Assembly (NCBI GenBank): GCA_965228875.1
Contig: OZ245843.1
Coordinates: 4,570,616-4,634,615 of the forward strand
Length of the DNA stretch: 64,000 nucleotides
Source: Thalassobaculaceae bacterium
GTDB taxonomy: Bacteria; Pseudomonadota; Alphaproteobacteria; Thalassobaculales; Thalassobaculaceae
Direction of reading: 5' to 3'
Numbering within the stretch: position 1 is the first letter of the stretch; every line of letters starts with the position of its first letter. Made by a program: the position numbers and the translations under genes. A model generated the notes under the pieces. It was not told the origin of the DNA. It searched no databases and saw only the letters and a list, made by a program, of their open reading frames with translations. Of the stretch, positions 18,134 to 27,274 are shown one piece after another.

Positions 18134-18652
18134 ATGGCCGACCCGGACAGAGCCGAACGCCTGAGCGTCGCCACCGCCGACGATCTTCCTGCGGGGGTCC
18201 GCGAGAACGTGCGGGCGATCCTGGCCTACTGGGTCGACAGCCTCGACGGTCGCCGGATGCCGCAGCGCGCGGACTTCGACCCGATGGACCTGCCGTCCCT
18301 GCTGCCCGGGCTCATGCTGATCGACGTCGAAGGCCTGCGACCGGACGGTCTCGGGATCTACCGCTACCGGGTGGTCGGTGGCTACGAGATCAGAAACCGG
18401 GGCTACAATCCGACCGGCCAACTGGTCGAAGAAGGGTTCTTCGCCGAGTCCCTGGAGAGTGCGCTCGCCGACTACGAACGGGTGCGCAAGACCGCTCGCC
18501 CGCTGTTCGGGCCGGTCACGTTCGTCGACGACCGCCACCGTCGGATCGACGAGGAGTCGATCCTGCTGCCCTACTCCGAGGACGGCGAGACGGTGTCGCA
18601 GATCCTGGTGTTCTCCGAGCGCCAGGTCAGGTCTTCAGAAACGACCCGTTGA
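18134..18652 (+). CDS. Stand-alone PAS-domain protein (PAS_5-like)
   Basis: AYW...MPQRADFDPMDLPSLLP, YRYRVVG, ILLPYSEDGETV. Confidence 0.75.
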   Translation: MADPDRAERLSVATADDLPAGVRENVRAILAYWVDSLDGRRMPQRADFDPMDLPSLLPGLMLIDVEGLRPDGLGIYRYRVVGGYEIRNRGYNPTGQLVEEGFFAESLESALADYERVRKTARPLFGPVTFVDDRHRRIDEESILLPYSEDGETVSQILVFSERQVRSSETTR

Positions 18653-19643
18653 CGCAGTTCCACAGCTCGCCGGTCTCGAGGTAGCGCATCAGCGTCTTCG
18701 TCGAATTCGCCCGGGCGTCGTAGCGGCCGTCGGCGCTGTTGAACGCGGCGTGCGGGGTCAGGAGCAGCCGGTCCTTCAGCCACTCCGGATGCTCGGCGAA
18801 AGCCTTGACCAGCGGGTCGTCCAGGCTCGCCGGCTCCACCGGCAGCACGTCGATCCCGGCGGCGGCGATCTCGTCGTTCCTCAGCGCCTCAAGCAGGGCG
18901 GTCGTGTCGATGATCGGGCCGCGCGCGGTGTTGATCAGGATCGCGTCCGACTTCATCCGCTTGAGCGCGGCGGCGTCGATCAGGTTCCGGGTCTCGTCGG
19001 TCAGCGGTGTGTGAAGGCTGAGCACGTCCGCGCGTTCCAGCACCTCCTCCAGGCTCTCGACCCGTTCGATCTCCAGCGCGATCTCCTGGCCGCGCGGGGC
19101 GTATTTGTCGTAGCCGATCACATGCATCCCGAACGCCTTGGCGCGCAGGGCGGCGGCGGTGCCGATCCGCCCGAAACCGACGACGCCGAAGGTCCGGTGA
19201 CGGATCCGACGGGGCTCGCCATGTTTCCAGTGGAAATTGCCGACCGGGTCGGCCGTCATGGTCCGGTGGTAGGCCAGCAGGCCGCGCGAGAAGGTCAGCA
19301 TCATGGCGATGGCGTGATCCGCCACCTCGTTGGTGCCGTAGTCGGGCGTGTTCGACACCGGGATGCCGGCGGCCCCGCAGGCGGCCAGGTCGATGTGGTC
19401 GAAGCCGACGCCGCAGCGCACGATGATCTTGCAGTTCTTGAGCCGCGAGATGACCCGCTGATCGATCGGCAGCATGTGCCAGACCAGCAGTGCGTCGACC
19501 GATTCCCACGTCTCGTCGGGGATGCTGCCCGCCTCCTCGGTCACGTAGCGGACGAAGTCGACATCGCCTCCGGCGATCCCGCGTTCGACCGCGTGGTCGT
19601 CGTCATGCTGGGCGTCGGGGGTGAGAACGGTGTACCTGGCCAC
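18627..19643 (-). CDS. D-2-hydroxyacid dehydrogenase (CtBP-like)
   Basis: RCGVGFDHID, GVVGFGRIG, HTPLTDET, INTARG, TPHAAF; GTG start after GAGGAA. Confidence 0.9.
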   Translation of the reverse strand: MARYTVLTPDAQHDDDHAVERGIAGGDVDFVRYVTEEAGSIPDETWESVDALLVWHMLPIDQRVISRLKNCKIIVRCGVGFDHIDLAACGAAGIPVSNTPDYGTNEVADHAIAMMLTFSRGLLAYHRTMTADPVGNFHWKHGEPRRIRHRTFGVVGFGRIGTAAALRAKAFGMHVIGYDKYAPRGQEIALEIERVESLEEVLERADVLSLHTPLTDETRNLIDAAALKRMKSDAILINTARGPIIDTTALLEALRNDEIAAAGIDVLPVEPASLDDPLVKAFAEHPEWLKDRLLLTPHAAFNSADGRYDARANSTKTLMRYLETGELWNCVNGSFLKT

Positions 19644-19792
19644 GGGCGCTTCCTCGTCGGTTTCTTGCTTTGGTTGGGCGCGATGGTGGCCGCGGCGGCG
19701 GTCGAGGGCAAGAGGGGCTTCAACCGACACAGAGATGCGCTCTCCCCGGCACAAGGCCGGAGAGTGATCAAGAGAAGATACGGACGGTAGAC

Positions 19793-21259
19793 CTACCGCG
19801 CGCGTATCCGTGCGATGAAGCTGTCGATCAGACGTTCGTACAGCTTGTCCTTCAACACCTTGTCCTCGACGCCCTGGTCGATGTTCGGGTTGTCGTTCAC
19901 CTCGACCACGAAGACGCCGCGGTCGTTCTGCTTCAGGTCGACGCCATACAGCCCGTTGCCCATCAGGTTCGCGGCCTTCATCGCCACGTCGAGCACGTCC
20001 TTGGGCGAGTCCTCCACCGCGAAGGTGGCGAAGCCGCCGGATTTGCCGCGTCCAGTGGCGCCGTGGTTGTAGATCTGCCAGTGCTTCGGCGCCATCCTGT
20101 ACTGGGAGACGAAGAGTGGCTGGCCGTCCAGCACGCCGACGCGCCAGTCGAACTCGGTGGGCATGAACTCCTGGGCCAGGATCAGGTCGCTGTCGGCGAA
20201 CAGCGTCTTGGCGATCCGCTTCAGCTCCGTCGTGGTCTCGGCCTTGAACACGCCGCGCGAGAACGAGCCGTCCGGGATCTTCAGCACGATCGGCAGGCCG
20301 AGTTCGTCGGGTGCGGCGGCGAGGCCGCGCTGGTCGAGAACCAGGGTCTTCGGCGCGGGCACACGCTTCGCCGCCAGGGTCTCCGCCAGGTAGACCTTGT
20401 TGGTACAGCGCAGCATCGAGATCGGGTCGTCTATCACCGGCATGCCTTCGTCCTCGGCCTTGCGGGCGAACCGCCAGGTCGGATTGTCGAGCGCGGTGGT
20501 CATCCGGATGAACAGGGCGTCGAACTCGGACAGCCGGGCATAGTCGCGCGTGCGGATGCGCTCGACCGATACGCCCATGCGCGCGCCCACGCGTTCCAGC
20601 GCGTCCAGGGCCTTGGGATCCGACGGCGGCAGCGCCTCCTTGGGGTCGTGGAGCACGGCAAGGGTATGGCGCACCGGTCTGCGGGCGGAGGGATCGCGCC
20701 ACTCGCGACGGGTATGGGCGTCCAGGGCGGCGGCGAAGGGCTCGTGCTCGTCGGCGCGCAACTCGTCGACGGTGCGCTGGCTGACCGCCCGGACATAGAA
20801 GCCCCAGGTGGCGTCCAGGGTGACCTTGACGCGCAGGATCGGGGCGCGGAACCGGTCGAACGCCTCGCGGGCCACGCGGGCGAAGCGGGAATCGGCGGTG
20901 CGGCCGAAATAGACGTCGATCGAGAACGAGGCCTCGGGCGGCTCTTTGATCCGGCTGAGCGCGCGCAGCAGGACCTGCTCGACCGCCCGCACCCCCGTCC
21001 ACATCCGTCCCCGGTCCTTGAGGGCGAGGATCGTCGCCGCCGTCGGCAGCACCTTGTGGCCGCGCGCGTCGGCAAGGAGCGAGGCGTAGTACCCGCGGCC
21101 GAGATAGACCAGGTCGCGCGACAGGTTGATGATCCGCACCGGTCCCTTTCCGGCCGCCTTCGGGTCGGTCAGGTAGTCCGAGGTGGCGACCACGCGCAGA
21201 CCCTCCGGCGCGGTCGGCAGGTCGCCCGGACGATCGACCAGGATCACGGGTTGCGTCAT
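19793..21259 (-). CDS. RimK-family ATP-grasp ligase with N-terminal RLAN-like domain
   Basis: IINLSRDLVYLGRGYYASLLADARGHKVLP; CTNKVYLAE, VLKIPDGSFSRGV, QEFMPTEFDWRVGV, YGVDLK, EVNDNP. Confidence 0.9.
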   Translation of the reverse strand: MTQPVILVDRPGDLPTAPEGLRVVATSDYLTDPKAAGKGPVRIINLSRDLVYLGRGYYASLLADARGHKVLPTAATILALKDRGRMWTGVRAVEQVLLRALSRIKEPPEASFSIDVYFGRTADSRFARVAREAFDRFRAPILRVKVTLDATWGFYVRAVSQRTVDELRADEHEPFAAALDAHTRREWRDPSARRPVRHTLAVLHDPKEALPPSDPKALDALERVGARMGVSVERIRTRDYARLSEFDALFIRMTTALDNPTWRFARKAEDEGMPVIDDPISMLRCTNKVYLAETLAAKRVPAPKTLVLDQRGLAAAPDELGLPIVLKIPDGSFSRGVFKAETTTELKRIAKTLFADSDLILAQEFMPTEFDWRVGVLDGQPLFVSQYRMAPKHWQIYNHGATGRGKSGGFATFAVEDSPKDVLDVAMKAANLMGNGLYGVDLKQNDRGVFVVEVNDNPNIDQGVEDKVLKDKLYERLIDSFIARIRAR

Positions 21260-22395
21260 GACGTCTCTCCCGGCGCAACATAGACCACGGCCTGCAGGCG
21301 GGACCGCCCGAAGCGGGCCATGGAGGTGAAGGCCGTGCGCGGAATCGGCACGTGGGTGCAGTCGACATCGGTCTTCATCAGGTCCTCGTCCATGTCGGGA
21401 TCGTGCACCAGAATGAAGCGGTCATCGACCCCGGTGACAACGACCCAGTGGGGCGCCTTCTCGTCGTTGAAGCGGTAGGAACTGACCAGCAGCAGCGGGA
21501 TCCAGCCGGCCTCCAGCGCGCGCTCCAGGTCCTCCGGGGACGAGGGCGTGATCTCGGCTTCCAGCCCCGCTGCCGCCAGGTCCGTCAGCAGCATGGCGTG
21601 AACCCGCTCCAGAACCTGCTTCTTCGCCGGAGCGCGGACCGTGTCGAGGAATAGCGGCCCGTCCTCGCTGACGCAGATCCGGACCCGGAAGCCGCGTCGG
21701 TGTGCGGCCAGCGCCAGACCGTGCGGCCCGCAGCCGCCATGCCCCGAGGTCATGAAGATCGTCGTCGCCTCGCGCCAGATGCGCAGCTCCTCGTCGGGAT
21801 CAGGGACCGAATCCGGCTTCAGGGCTGCCATCACCATCATCAGGCTGGCCGGCCCGCAGGTGAACTCGGTGGTCTGGTGAATGTAGGGGACCGGGGTGCG
21901 ACTCTTGGCCGGCGACCAGTGCAGCCGCTTCTCGTAGCGCCAGCCGTCGCCGTCGTCGTCGTAATAGTGCGGCAGGGCGCGCAGCCGCCGGTAGCCGAGG
22001 CGCTCGTACAGGGCGATCGCCTGGGCGTTGTCGGCGCGAACCTCCAGGCGCAGCGCGACGCAGTCGTGGGCGCGCGCCTCGACCTCGCCGTGGCGGACCA
22101 GCGCGGTGCCGAGGCCGGTGCCGGTGGCGCCCGGACGCACCGCAAGCGAGTAGAGCCGCGCCAGGGCGGTTCCGGCATGGAACAGGACGAGGCCATACCC
22201 GAGAACGGTGCCGGCGGTGTCCTGGGCGACGTAAAGGCTGGCCTTGGCGCGGGTCAGCATGTGGTTGAAGCTGCGCCGGGTCAGCCGGTCGGAGTCGAAG
22301 CAGGTGGCCTCGATCTTCAGCAGCGCCGGGATGTCGGCGGTGCTGGCGGCCCGGATGACGGGGGCGGAGGCGGGCTCCGCGCGAAGCTGGCTCAT
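21256..22395 (-). CDS. GNAT acetyltransferase fused to peptidase C39-like (DUF3335) domain
   Basis: RLYSLAV...GTGLGTAL, LEVRADN..AIALYERLGY; then QTTEFTCGPASLMM and PHWVVVTGVD..HDP. Confidence 0.9.
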   Translation of the reverse strand: MSQLRAEPASAPVIRAASTADIPALLKIEATCFDSDRLTRRSFNHMLTRAKASLYVAQDTAGTVLGYGLVLFHAGTALARLYSLAVRPGATGTGLGTALVRHGEVEARAHDCVALRLEVRADNAQAIALYERLGYRRLRALPHYYDDDGDGWRYEKRLHWSPAKSRTPVPYIHQTTEFTCGPASLMMVMAALKPDSVPDPDEELRIWREATTIFMTSGHGGCGPHGLALAAHRRGFRVRICVSEDGPLFLDTVRAPAKKQVLERVHAMLLTDLAAAGLEAEITPSSPEDLERALEAGWIPLLLVSSYRFNDEKAPHWVVVTGVDDRFILVHDPDMDEDLMKTDVDCTHVPIPRTAFTSMARFGRSRLQAVVYVAPGETS

Positions 22396-22506
22396 CGGAT
22401 GGGAAAGCGTCCAACGGGGGCCGCCGAAGCGGTGCGCGGCCGGTTACGGATGGCTGCTAATTTATCACCATCCGAAGCCGATCAACGATGAATCTCGCAT
22501 GGCTGG

Positions 22507-23253
22507 TCAGCGTTTTAGACGGTCGATCGCAATGACCCGGTGGCGCACGGCGTGATCGCGGTCGATCTCGCCGCGTGGCGCCAGATCCCAGATCCAGCCC
22601 TCGTCGGCCGGCGGCAGGGGGGCGCCGTTGTTCGGATCGATCGTCGCGATCACGGACCCGCCGGCGTCGAGGACCTCGATGCTCTTGTCCGCGACCAGGC
22701 TGGCGGGGCAGGCGAACCGCGACAGCCAGTCGAGATGCGCTTCCGCCAGTTCCCGGCCGATGCGCTCGGCGTCGGCGTCGGGCAGGGTGCGCGTGGCCAC
22801 GGTCGCCAGCTGCGAGAGCAGGTTCACGGAGGCGACAAAAGCGATGCCAGGGTCGTCGAGCCAGGCGGTCGGTCTCGAGAAGCCGTCGAGCCGCCCGAGG
22901 TTCTCGGTCACGTCATGCGGTCGGCAGGTCACATTGCCGAGCCTGCGGGCCTGGCGGCGGGTGCGCCAGGAGAACGCGAGATCGACCAGAATGACGGCGT
23001 CGAACCGGGTGGCGAGCGTCTCCAGCGGGATGTCGTTGGCATGTCCGGCACCGAGAACGAGGGCCGTGCCCGCGGGATCGCCGGCCTCTGCGGCGCGGGC
23101 CACGGCGGCCCGCGACCGGGCCTCGTGCGGCGCCCAGGCGTCGGCGTTGCGCCGTCGGCGGGCGGAGATCGCCACAAACTCGCCGAGGTGACCCGACAGC
23201 CGGGCGCCGGGCAGCGCGGGGGTGAGCAGCCAGTCGATCGCTTCGCGCAGCAT
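22507..23253 (-). CDS. Hypothetical protein, SAM-methyltransferase-like fold
   Basis: C-terminal part of ORF 22507..25182; ALVLGAGHANDIP, VILVD, SVNLLSQL. Confidence 0.6.
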   Translation of the reverse strand: MLREAIDWLLTPALPGARLSGHLGEFVAISARRRRNADAWAPHEARSRAAVARAAEAGDPAGTALVLGAGHANDIPLETLATRFDAVILVDLAFSWRTRRQARRLGNVTCRPHDVTENLGRLDGFSRPTAWLDDPGIAFVASVNLLSQLATVATRTLPDADAERIGRELAEAHLDWLSRFACPASLVADKSIEVLDAGGSVIATIDPNNGAPLPPADEGWIWDLAPRGEIDRDHAVRHRVIAIDRLKR

Positions 23254-23353
23254 CGCGCGAGCATGCCAGAGGAAGCGGTGGCGCGAACCGGAAAACGTAC
23301 CGGCGACGATGGCGGGGATTGACAGCCGGCGGCGGCGCGTCGCAGGGTGGCGG

Positions 23354-23440
23354 CGTGATGCTGGGGTGCCTCCGCGACGGGGGCTGAGATCAGACCCATC
23401 GAACCTGAACCGGGTAACGCCGGCGGAGGGAGACGTCACG
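23354..23440 (+). promoter_or_regulatory. TPP (THI-box) riboswitch
   Basis: GGGGTGCC...GGCTGAGAT..ACCC..GAACCTGA.CCGGGTAACGCCGGCGGAGGGA core; P1 CGTGATG/CGTCACG; a downstream CTCCCC could pair with the GGAGGAG ribosome-binding site. Confidence 0.93.
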
Positions 23441-23514
23441 GCGCCTGCCGACCAGCCGTTCGCGACGCCGACCGACCGATCTCCCCCCGCACCCGCCCGG
23501 AGGAGTGAGACGTT

Positions 23515-24672
23515 ATGCGCAAGACCCTCGCCAGCCGCCTGTTCCTCGGTGGCGCTCTGCTGTCCCTCGCCGCAACCGGCCTCGCCGACACCGTCCGCCC
23601 GGCGCTGGCGGAGGATCCGGTGGCGATCTCCGTCCTGGTTCCGATCACCGGCTTCCTGGCGCTCGAGGGTACGGCCCAGCGCAACGGTGCCGTCATGGCG
23701 CTCGACGCGCCGCCGCCGGGCGTCGCCGTCACCTATGACGTCGCCGACACCGCCACCTCGCCGGAGGTCGCGGTGACCGCCCTGCGCCGCGCGCTCGACC
23801 GCCAGAAGCCGGTGGCCATCGCCGCGCCGATCTTCGGCACCCAGATGCTGGCCATGGCGCCGATCGCCGACCGCGCCGGCGTGCCGCTGATCACCGTCTC
23901 CGGCACGGCGAAACTGACCGAACTCGGCCATGACGTGGTGTTCCGCTTCTTTCCGACCGACGCGGTGGTGAAGGTCGCCCAGGCGCGCTACGCGGTCGAG
24001 GAACTCGGCATGCGACGTCCGGCCATCCTCTACCAGACCACCGCCTACGGGCAGAGCGGCAGGGCTGAACTGACGCGGGTGCTGGACGGTCTCGGCGTGG
24101 CGCCGGTGCTGGAGGAGGCGGTCGATCCGGGTGTGAAGGACTTCGTCCCGGCGCTGGAACGGGCGGCCGCCGCTGGGGCCGACGGGCTGCTGCTGCAGCT
24201 TCACTCCGGACCGACGGCGCTCGCCGTCCGTCAGGCCCACGAACAGGGGTTCCGGGGGCGGATCGTCGCCGGTTCCGCCCTGCACCAGCCGACGACGGCG
24301 GCTCTGGTCGAGCCCGCCGCGCTGGCAGGCGTGTGCGCCGAGAGCGCGTCCTCCCCGGTGTCGGAGACCAGCGCGGAGATCGCGGCCTTCGCGCAGGCCT
24401 ACCGCGACCGCTTCGATGTCGAACCGGATGCCTTCGCCCTGGCCCAGTATGACGGCATGCGGATGGTCCTGGCGGCGCTCGCCGACGGCGCGCGGACGCC
24501 GGTGGCGGTCAAGGACTGGCTCGCGGGCAACCGGTTCCGCGGCCTCGCCATGGAGTACGTGTCCGACGGCACCGGCAACATGGCGCACGATGCCGTCATC
24601 CTGTGCTTCGACGGCAGCAGCCGCACGCCCGCCGTGGTCAGGCGGTACGACAACGTCAACGGTGTCCGCTGA
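23515..24672 (+). CDS. HAAT/LivK-type ABC transporter substrate-binding protein
   Basis: Signal peptide; VLVPITGFLALEG, PLITVSGT, FRFFPTD, AYGQSG, QYDG (periplasmic binding protein type 1). Confidence 0.88.
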   Translation: MRKTLASRLFLGGALLSLAATGLADTVRPALAEDPVAISVLVPITGFLALEGTAQRNGAVMALDAPPPGVAVTYDVADTATSPEVAVTALRRALDRQKPVAIAAPIFGTQMLAMAPIADRAGVPLITVSGTAKLTELGHDVVFRFFPTDAVVKVAQARYAVEELGMRRPAILYQTTAYGQSGRAELTRVLDGLGVAPVLEEAVDPGVKDFVPALERAAAAGADGLLLQLHSGPTALAVRQAHEQGFRGRIVAGSALHQPTTAALVEPAALAGVCAESASSPVSETSAEIAAFAQAYRDRFDVEPDAFALAQYDGMRMVLAALADGARTPVAVKDWLAGNRFRGLAMEYVSDGTGNMAHDAVILCFDGSSRTPAVVRRYDNVNGVR

Positions 24673-24699
24673 TCCGCCGGCCGCTGGTATAATGCGAGG

Positions 24700-25590
24700 A
24701 TGGTCGAAACCACGGTCCAGCTTCTGGCGACTGCCCTTGCTCTCGGATCGGCCTATGCGCTGACGACGCTTGGATTCGTGCTGATCATCAACGCCGTCGG
24801 CGCGGTCAACTTCGCCCATGGCGACCTGGTGATGGCGGGCGGATTCGTGGCCATCGCGCTCTCCCTGCTGCTGCCGGAGGGGCTGCCCGCGCCGGGGCTG
24901 ATCCTGCTGCCGGCGGTGCTTGCGACGATGGCCGTCGGCGGCGTCGGGCTGGCGGCGGTGGCCTATGTGCCGCTGCGCCGGGCACCACCGGTCTCCGTTT
25001 TCATCTCGACCATCGCCATCGGCCTGATCCTGCAGCATGGGATCACCCTCGGCGCTGGCCCGCAGCCGCGCGTCGGCCCGACCGTCGCCGGCGATGGGCT
25101 GATCGCCCTGGCGGGCGCTGCCCTGTCGTACCAGCAGGTGGCCACCGTGGTGGTGGCCGGCGTGCTCTGCGCGGCGGTGCATGTCCTGCTGAACCGGACC
25201 CGGTTCGGCCGCCGGTTGCGCGCCGCTGCCCAGGATCCGGAGATGGCGCGGGCCTGCGGCATCGACCTCCGCCTCACGATCGGCGCCACCTTCGCGCTCG
25301 CCGGCGCGCTTGCCGGTGCGGCGGGGCTGCTGCTGTCCAACCAGTACTTCGTCACCCCGACCGATGGTGCCGGGTTCATGCTCAAGGCCTACATCGCCAC
25401 CGTCATCGGCGGCTGGGGCCGCGTGTGGGGCGCGGCGCTCGCGGCGCTCGGCATCGCGGTGTTCGAGGTGCTGGTCGCCGCCGCCGTGTCCTACCTGATG
25501 GCCGAGGCGCTGCTCTATCTCGGCGTGCTGGTTCTGCTGATGGTGCGCCCTCAGGGCCTGTTCGGCGAGATCGAGGGCCGACGCGCATGA
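24700..25590 (+). CDS. LivH-type ABC permease
   Basis: GSAYALTTLGF, VNFAHGD, TRFGRRLRAAAQDPEMARACGI, IGGWG, RPQGLFG. Confidence 0.9.
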   Translation: MVETTVQLLATALALGSAYALTTLGFVLIINAVGAVNFAHGDLVMAGGFVAIALSLLLPEGLPAPGLILLPAVLATMAVGGVGLAAVAYVPLRRAPPVSVFISTIAIGLILQHGITLGAGPQPRVGPTVAGDGLIALAGAALSYQQVATVVVAGVLCAAVHVLLNRTRFGRRLRAAAQDPEMARACGIDLRLTIGATFALAGALAGAAGLLLSNQYFVTPTDGAGFMLKAYIATVIGGWGRVWGAALAALGIAVFEVLVAAAVSYLMAEALLYLGVLVLLMVRPQGLFGEIEGRRA

Positions 25591-25600
25591 GGGTGCGCCG

Positions 25601-27274
25601 GTGATCGCGCAGTCGTACCGCCGCGGGGCTGCCTATGTCGCGGCCATCGCCGCCGCCGCCGTCCTGCTGATCGCGTTCGGCGATGGCTATGCGCTGCGCG
25701 TCGCCACCCTGGTCGGCATCTACGCGATCGCGGCGATCGGCTTCCAGCTCGTGTTCGGCCGGCTCGGCCTGCTGGCGTTGAGCCAGGGCGCGCTGTTCGC
25801 CGTGGGAGCCTACGCCGTGGCGTTGACGACGGTGGCGGGCGGCTGGCCGCCGCTGGCGGCGCTCGGGGGCGCGGTCGCCGTTGCGGCGCTGGCCGGTGCG
25901 CTGCTCGCGGTTCCGGTGGCCCGGCTGGAGTCCCACTATGTCGCCCTGGCCACGCTGGGCCTGGCGCAGCTCGTCCTCCTGGCGGTCACAAACCTGGAGG
26001 TCACCGGCGGCGCCAACGGCATCTACGGGGTGCCGCCGCTCACCGTGCTGGGCGTCGATCTCGGCGATGGCTGGCGGATGCTCGCGGTGGTCTGGGGCGG
26101 GGTGGCGGTGGCGCTGCTGCTGTTCGCCTGGGTGACCGGCGCCGGACGGGGCGCGCGGCTGGCGACGCTGCGGGACGCGCCGCACGCGGCCCTCGCCCTC
26201 GGCATCGAGCCGGTGCGCATGCGGCTGCTCACCTTTGCCGTCACCGGGGCGCTGGCCGGGCTGGCGGGCGGTTTCCAGGCGGTCGGCCTGGGGGTCGTCT
26301 CGCCGGCGGTGGCGCGGTTCGACGTGATGGTCGCGCTCCTGGCCATCGCGGTGATCGGCGGGCGCGGGAGCGCCTGGGGCGCGGTTGCCGCCGCCGCGCT
26401 TCTCGTGCCGCTTCCGGAGGTGTTCCGCGGTCTGGAACAGGCCTATCTGCTGGCCTACGGCGCGATGCTCCTTGCCGCGGTGATCGCGCTTCCGACCGGA
26501 ATCGACGGGCTGATCCGCCGGGTCCTCCCGGAGTCGCCGGCGCCGGTGCCGGCCGCCGAGACACCGCCCAAGCGCCGGGTGTCGGTGCTTCGGGTCGAGA
26601 AGGTGGCCAAGACCTTCGGGGGCGTCCGCGCGCTGGACGGGGCCGGGTTCGACGCCCGGGCCGGCGAGGTGACGGGCATCATCGGCGCCAACGGGTCCGG
26701 CAAGACCACGCTGCTCAACATCGTCACCGGCCTGGAGCGGGCGGATACGGGAACCGTGCGGCTGGACGCCATCCCCCTCCTCGGCCTGCCGATCGTCGCC
26801 CGCGCCGGCCTCGGTCTCGCCCGCGGGTTCCAGCATCCGGAGATCCCCACCGGGGTCGACACCCTCGCCGCCGTTTCCGTCGCCGCCACCCCCGCGCGGG
26901 GCATGGCCGCGCTCGCGCGGGTTGGCCTCGCCGACGTGGCGCGGCGGGAGGCGAGCAGTCTCGGTTCGGCCGAGCGGCGCCGGCTCGACATCGCCCGGGC
27001 GCTTGCCGCCGGGCCGACGGTCCTGCTGCTCGACGAGCCGGCCTCCGGTCTGAGCGCGACGGAGCGGGCCGATCTCGCCGTGCTGCTGCGCGCGCTGGCC
27101 GATGACGGCATGGCGGTGGTGGTGGTCGAGCACGGCATGGACTTCCTGCTGCCGATCGCCGACCGGCTTGTGTGCCTCGATGCCGGCCGGGTGCTGTCGG
27201 CCGGCCTGACGGACGCGGTGCGAAACGATCCGGCGGTCATTGCCGCCTATCTGGGGACGGAGGCCGGCGAATGA
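25601..27274 (+). CDS. Fused LivM-type permease / LivG-type ATPase
   Basis: HYVALATLG, TGGANG, IGGRGS, LPTGI; then GANGSGKTT (Walker A), LLLDEP (Walker B), VEHG, VIAAYLG. Confidence 0.88.
   Translation: MIAQSYRRGAAYVAAIAAAAVLLIAFGDGYALRVATLVGIYAIAAIGFQLVFGRLGLLALSQGALFAVGAYAVALTTVAGGWPPLAALGGAVAVAALAGALLAVPVARLESHYVALATLGLAQLVLLAVTNLEVTGGANGIYGVPPLTVLGVDLGDGWRMLAVVWGGVAVALLLFAWVTGAGRGARLATLRDAPHAALALGIEPVRMRLLTFAVTGALAGLAGGFQAVGLGVVSPAVARFDVMVALLAIAVIGGRGSAWGAVAAAALLVPLPEVFRGLEQAYLLAYGAMLLAAVIALPTGIDGLIRRVLPESPAPVPAAETPPKRRVSVLRVEKVAKTFGGVRALDGAGFDARAGEVTGIIGANGSGKTTLLNIVTGLERADTGTVRLDAIPLLGLPIVARAGLGLARGFQHPEIPTGVDTLAAVSVAATPARGMAALARVGLADVARREASSLGSAERRRLDIARALAAGPTVLLLDEPASGLSATERADLAVLLRALADDGMAVVVVEHGMDFLLPIADRLVCLDAGRVLSAGLTDAVRNDPAVIAAYLGTEAGE

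Noticed and set aside
19644..21368. 913-aa ORF as an extended dehydrogenase
   Set aside because: The extension overlaps the RimK gene in another frame and is low-complexity; a ribosome-binding site supports GTG 19643
22455..22470. Sigma-54 promoter for the GNAT/C39-RimK operon
   Set aside because: GG-N10-GC spacing is present (TGGTGATAAATTAGCA) but the match to TGGCAC-N5-TTGC is too weak
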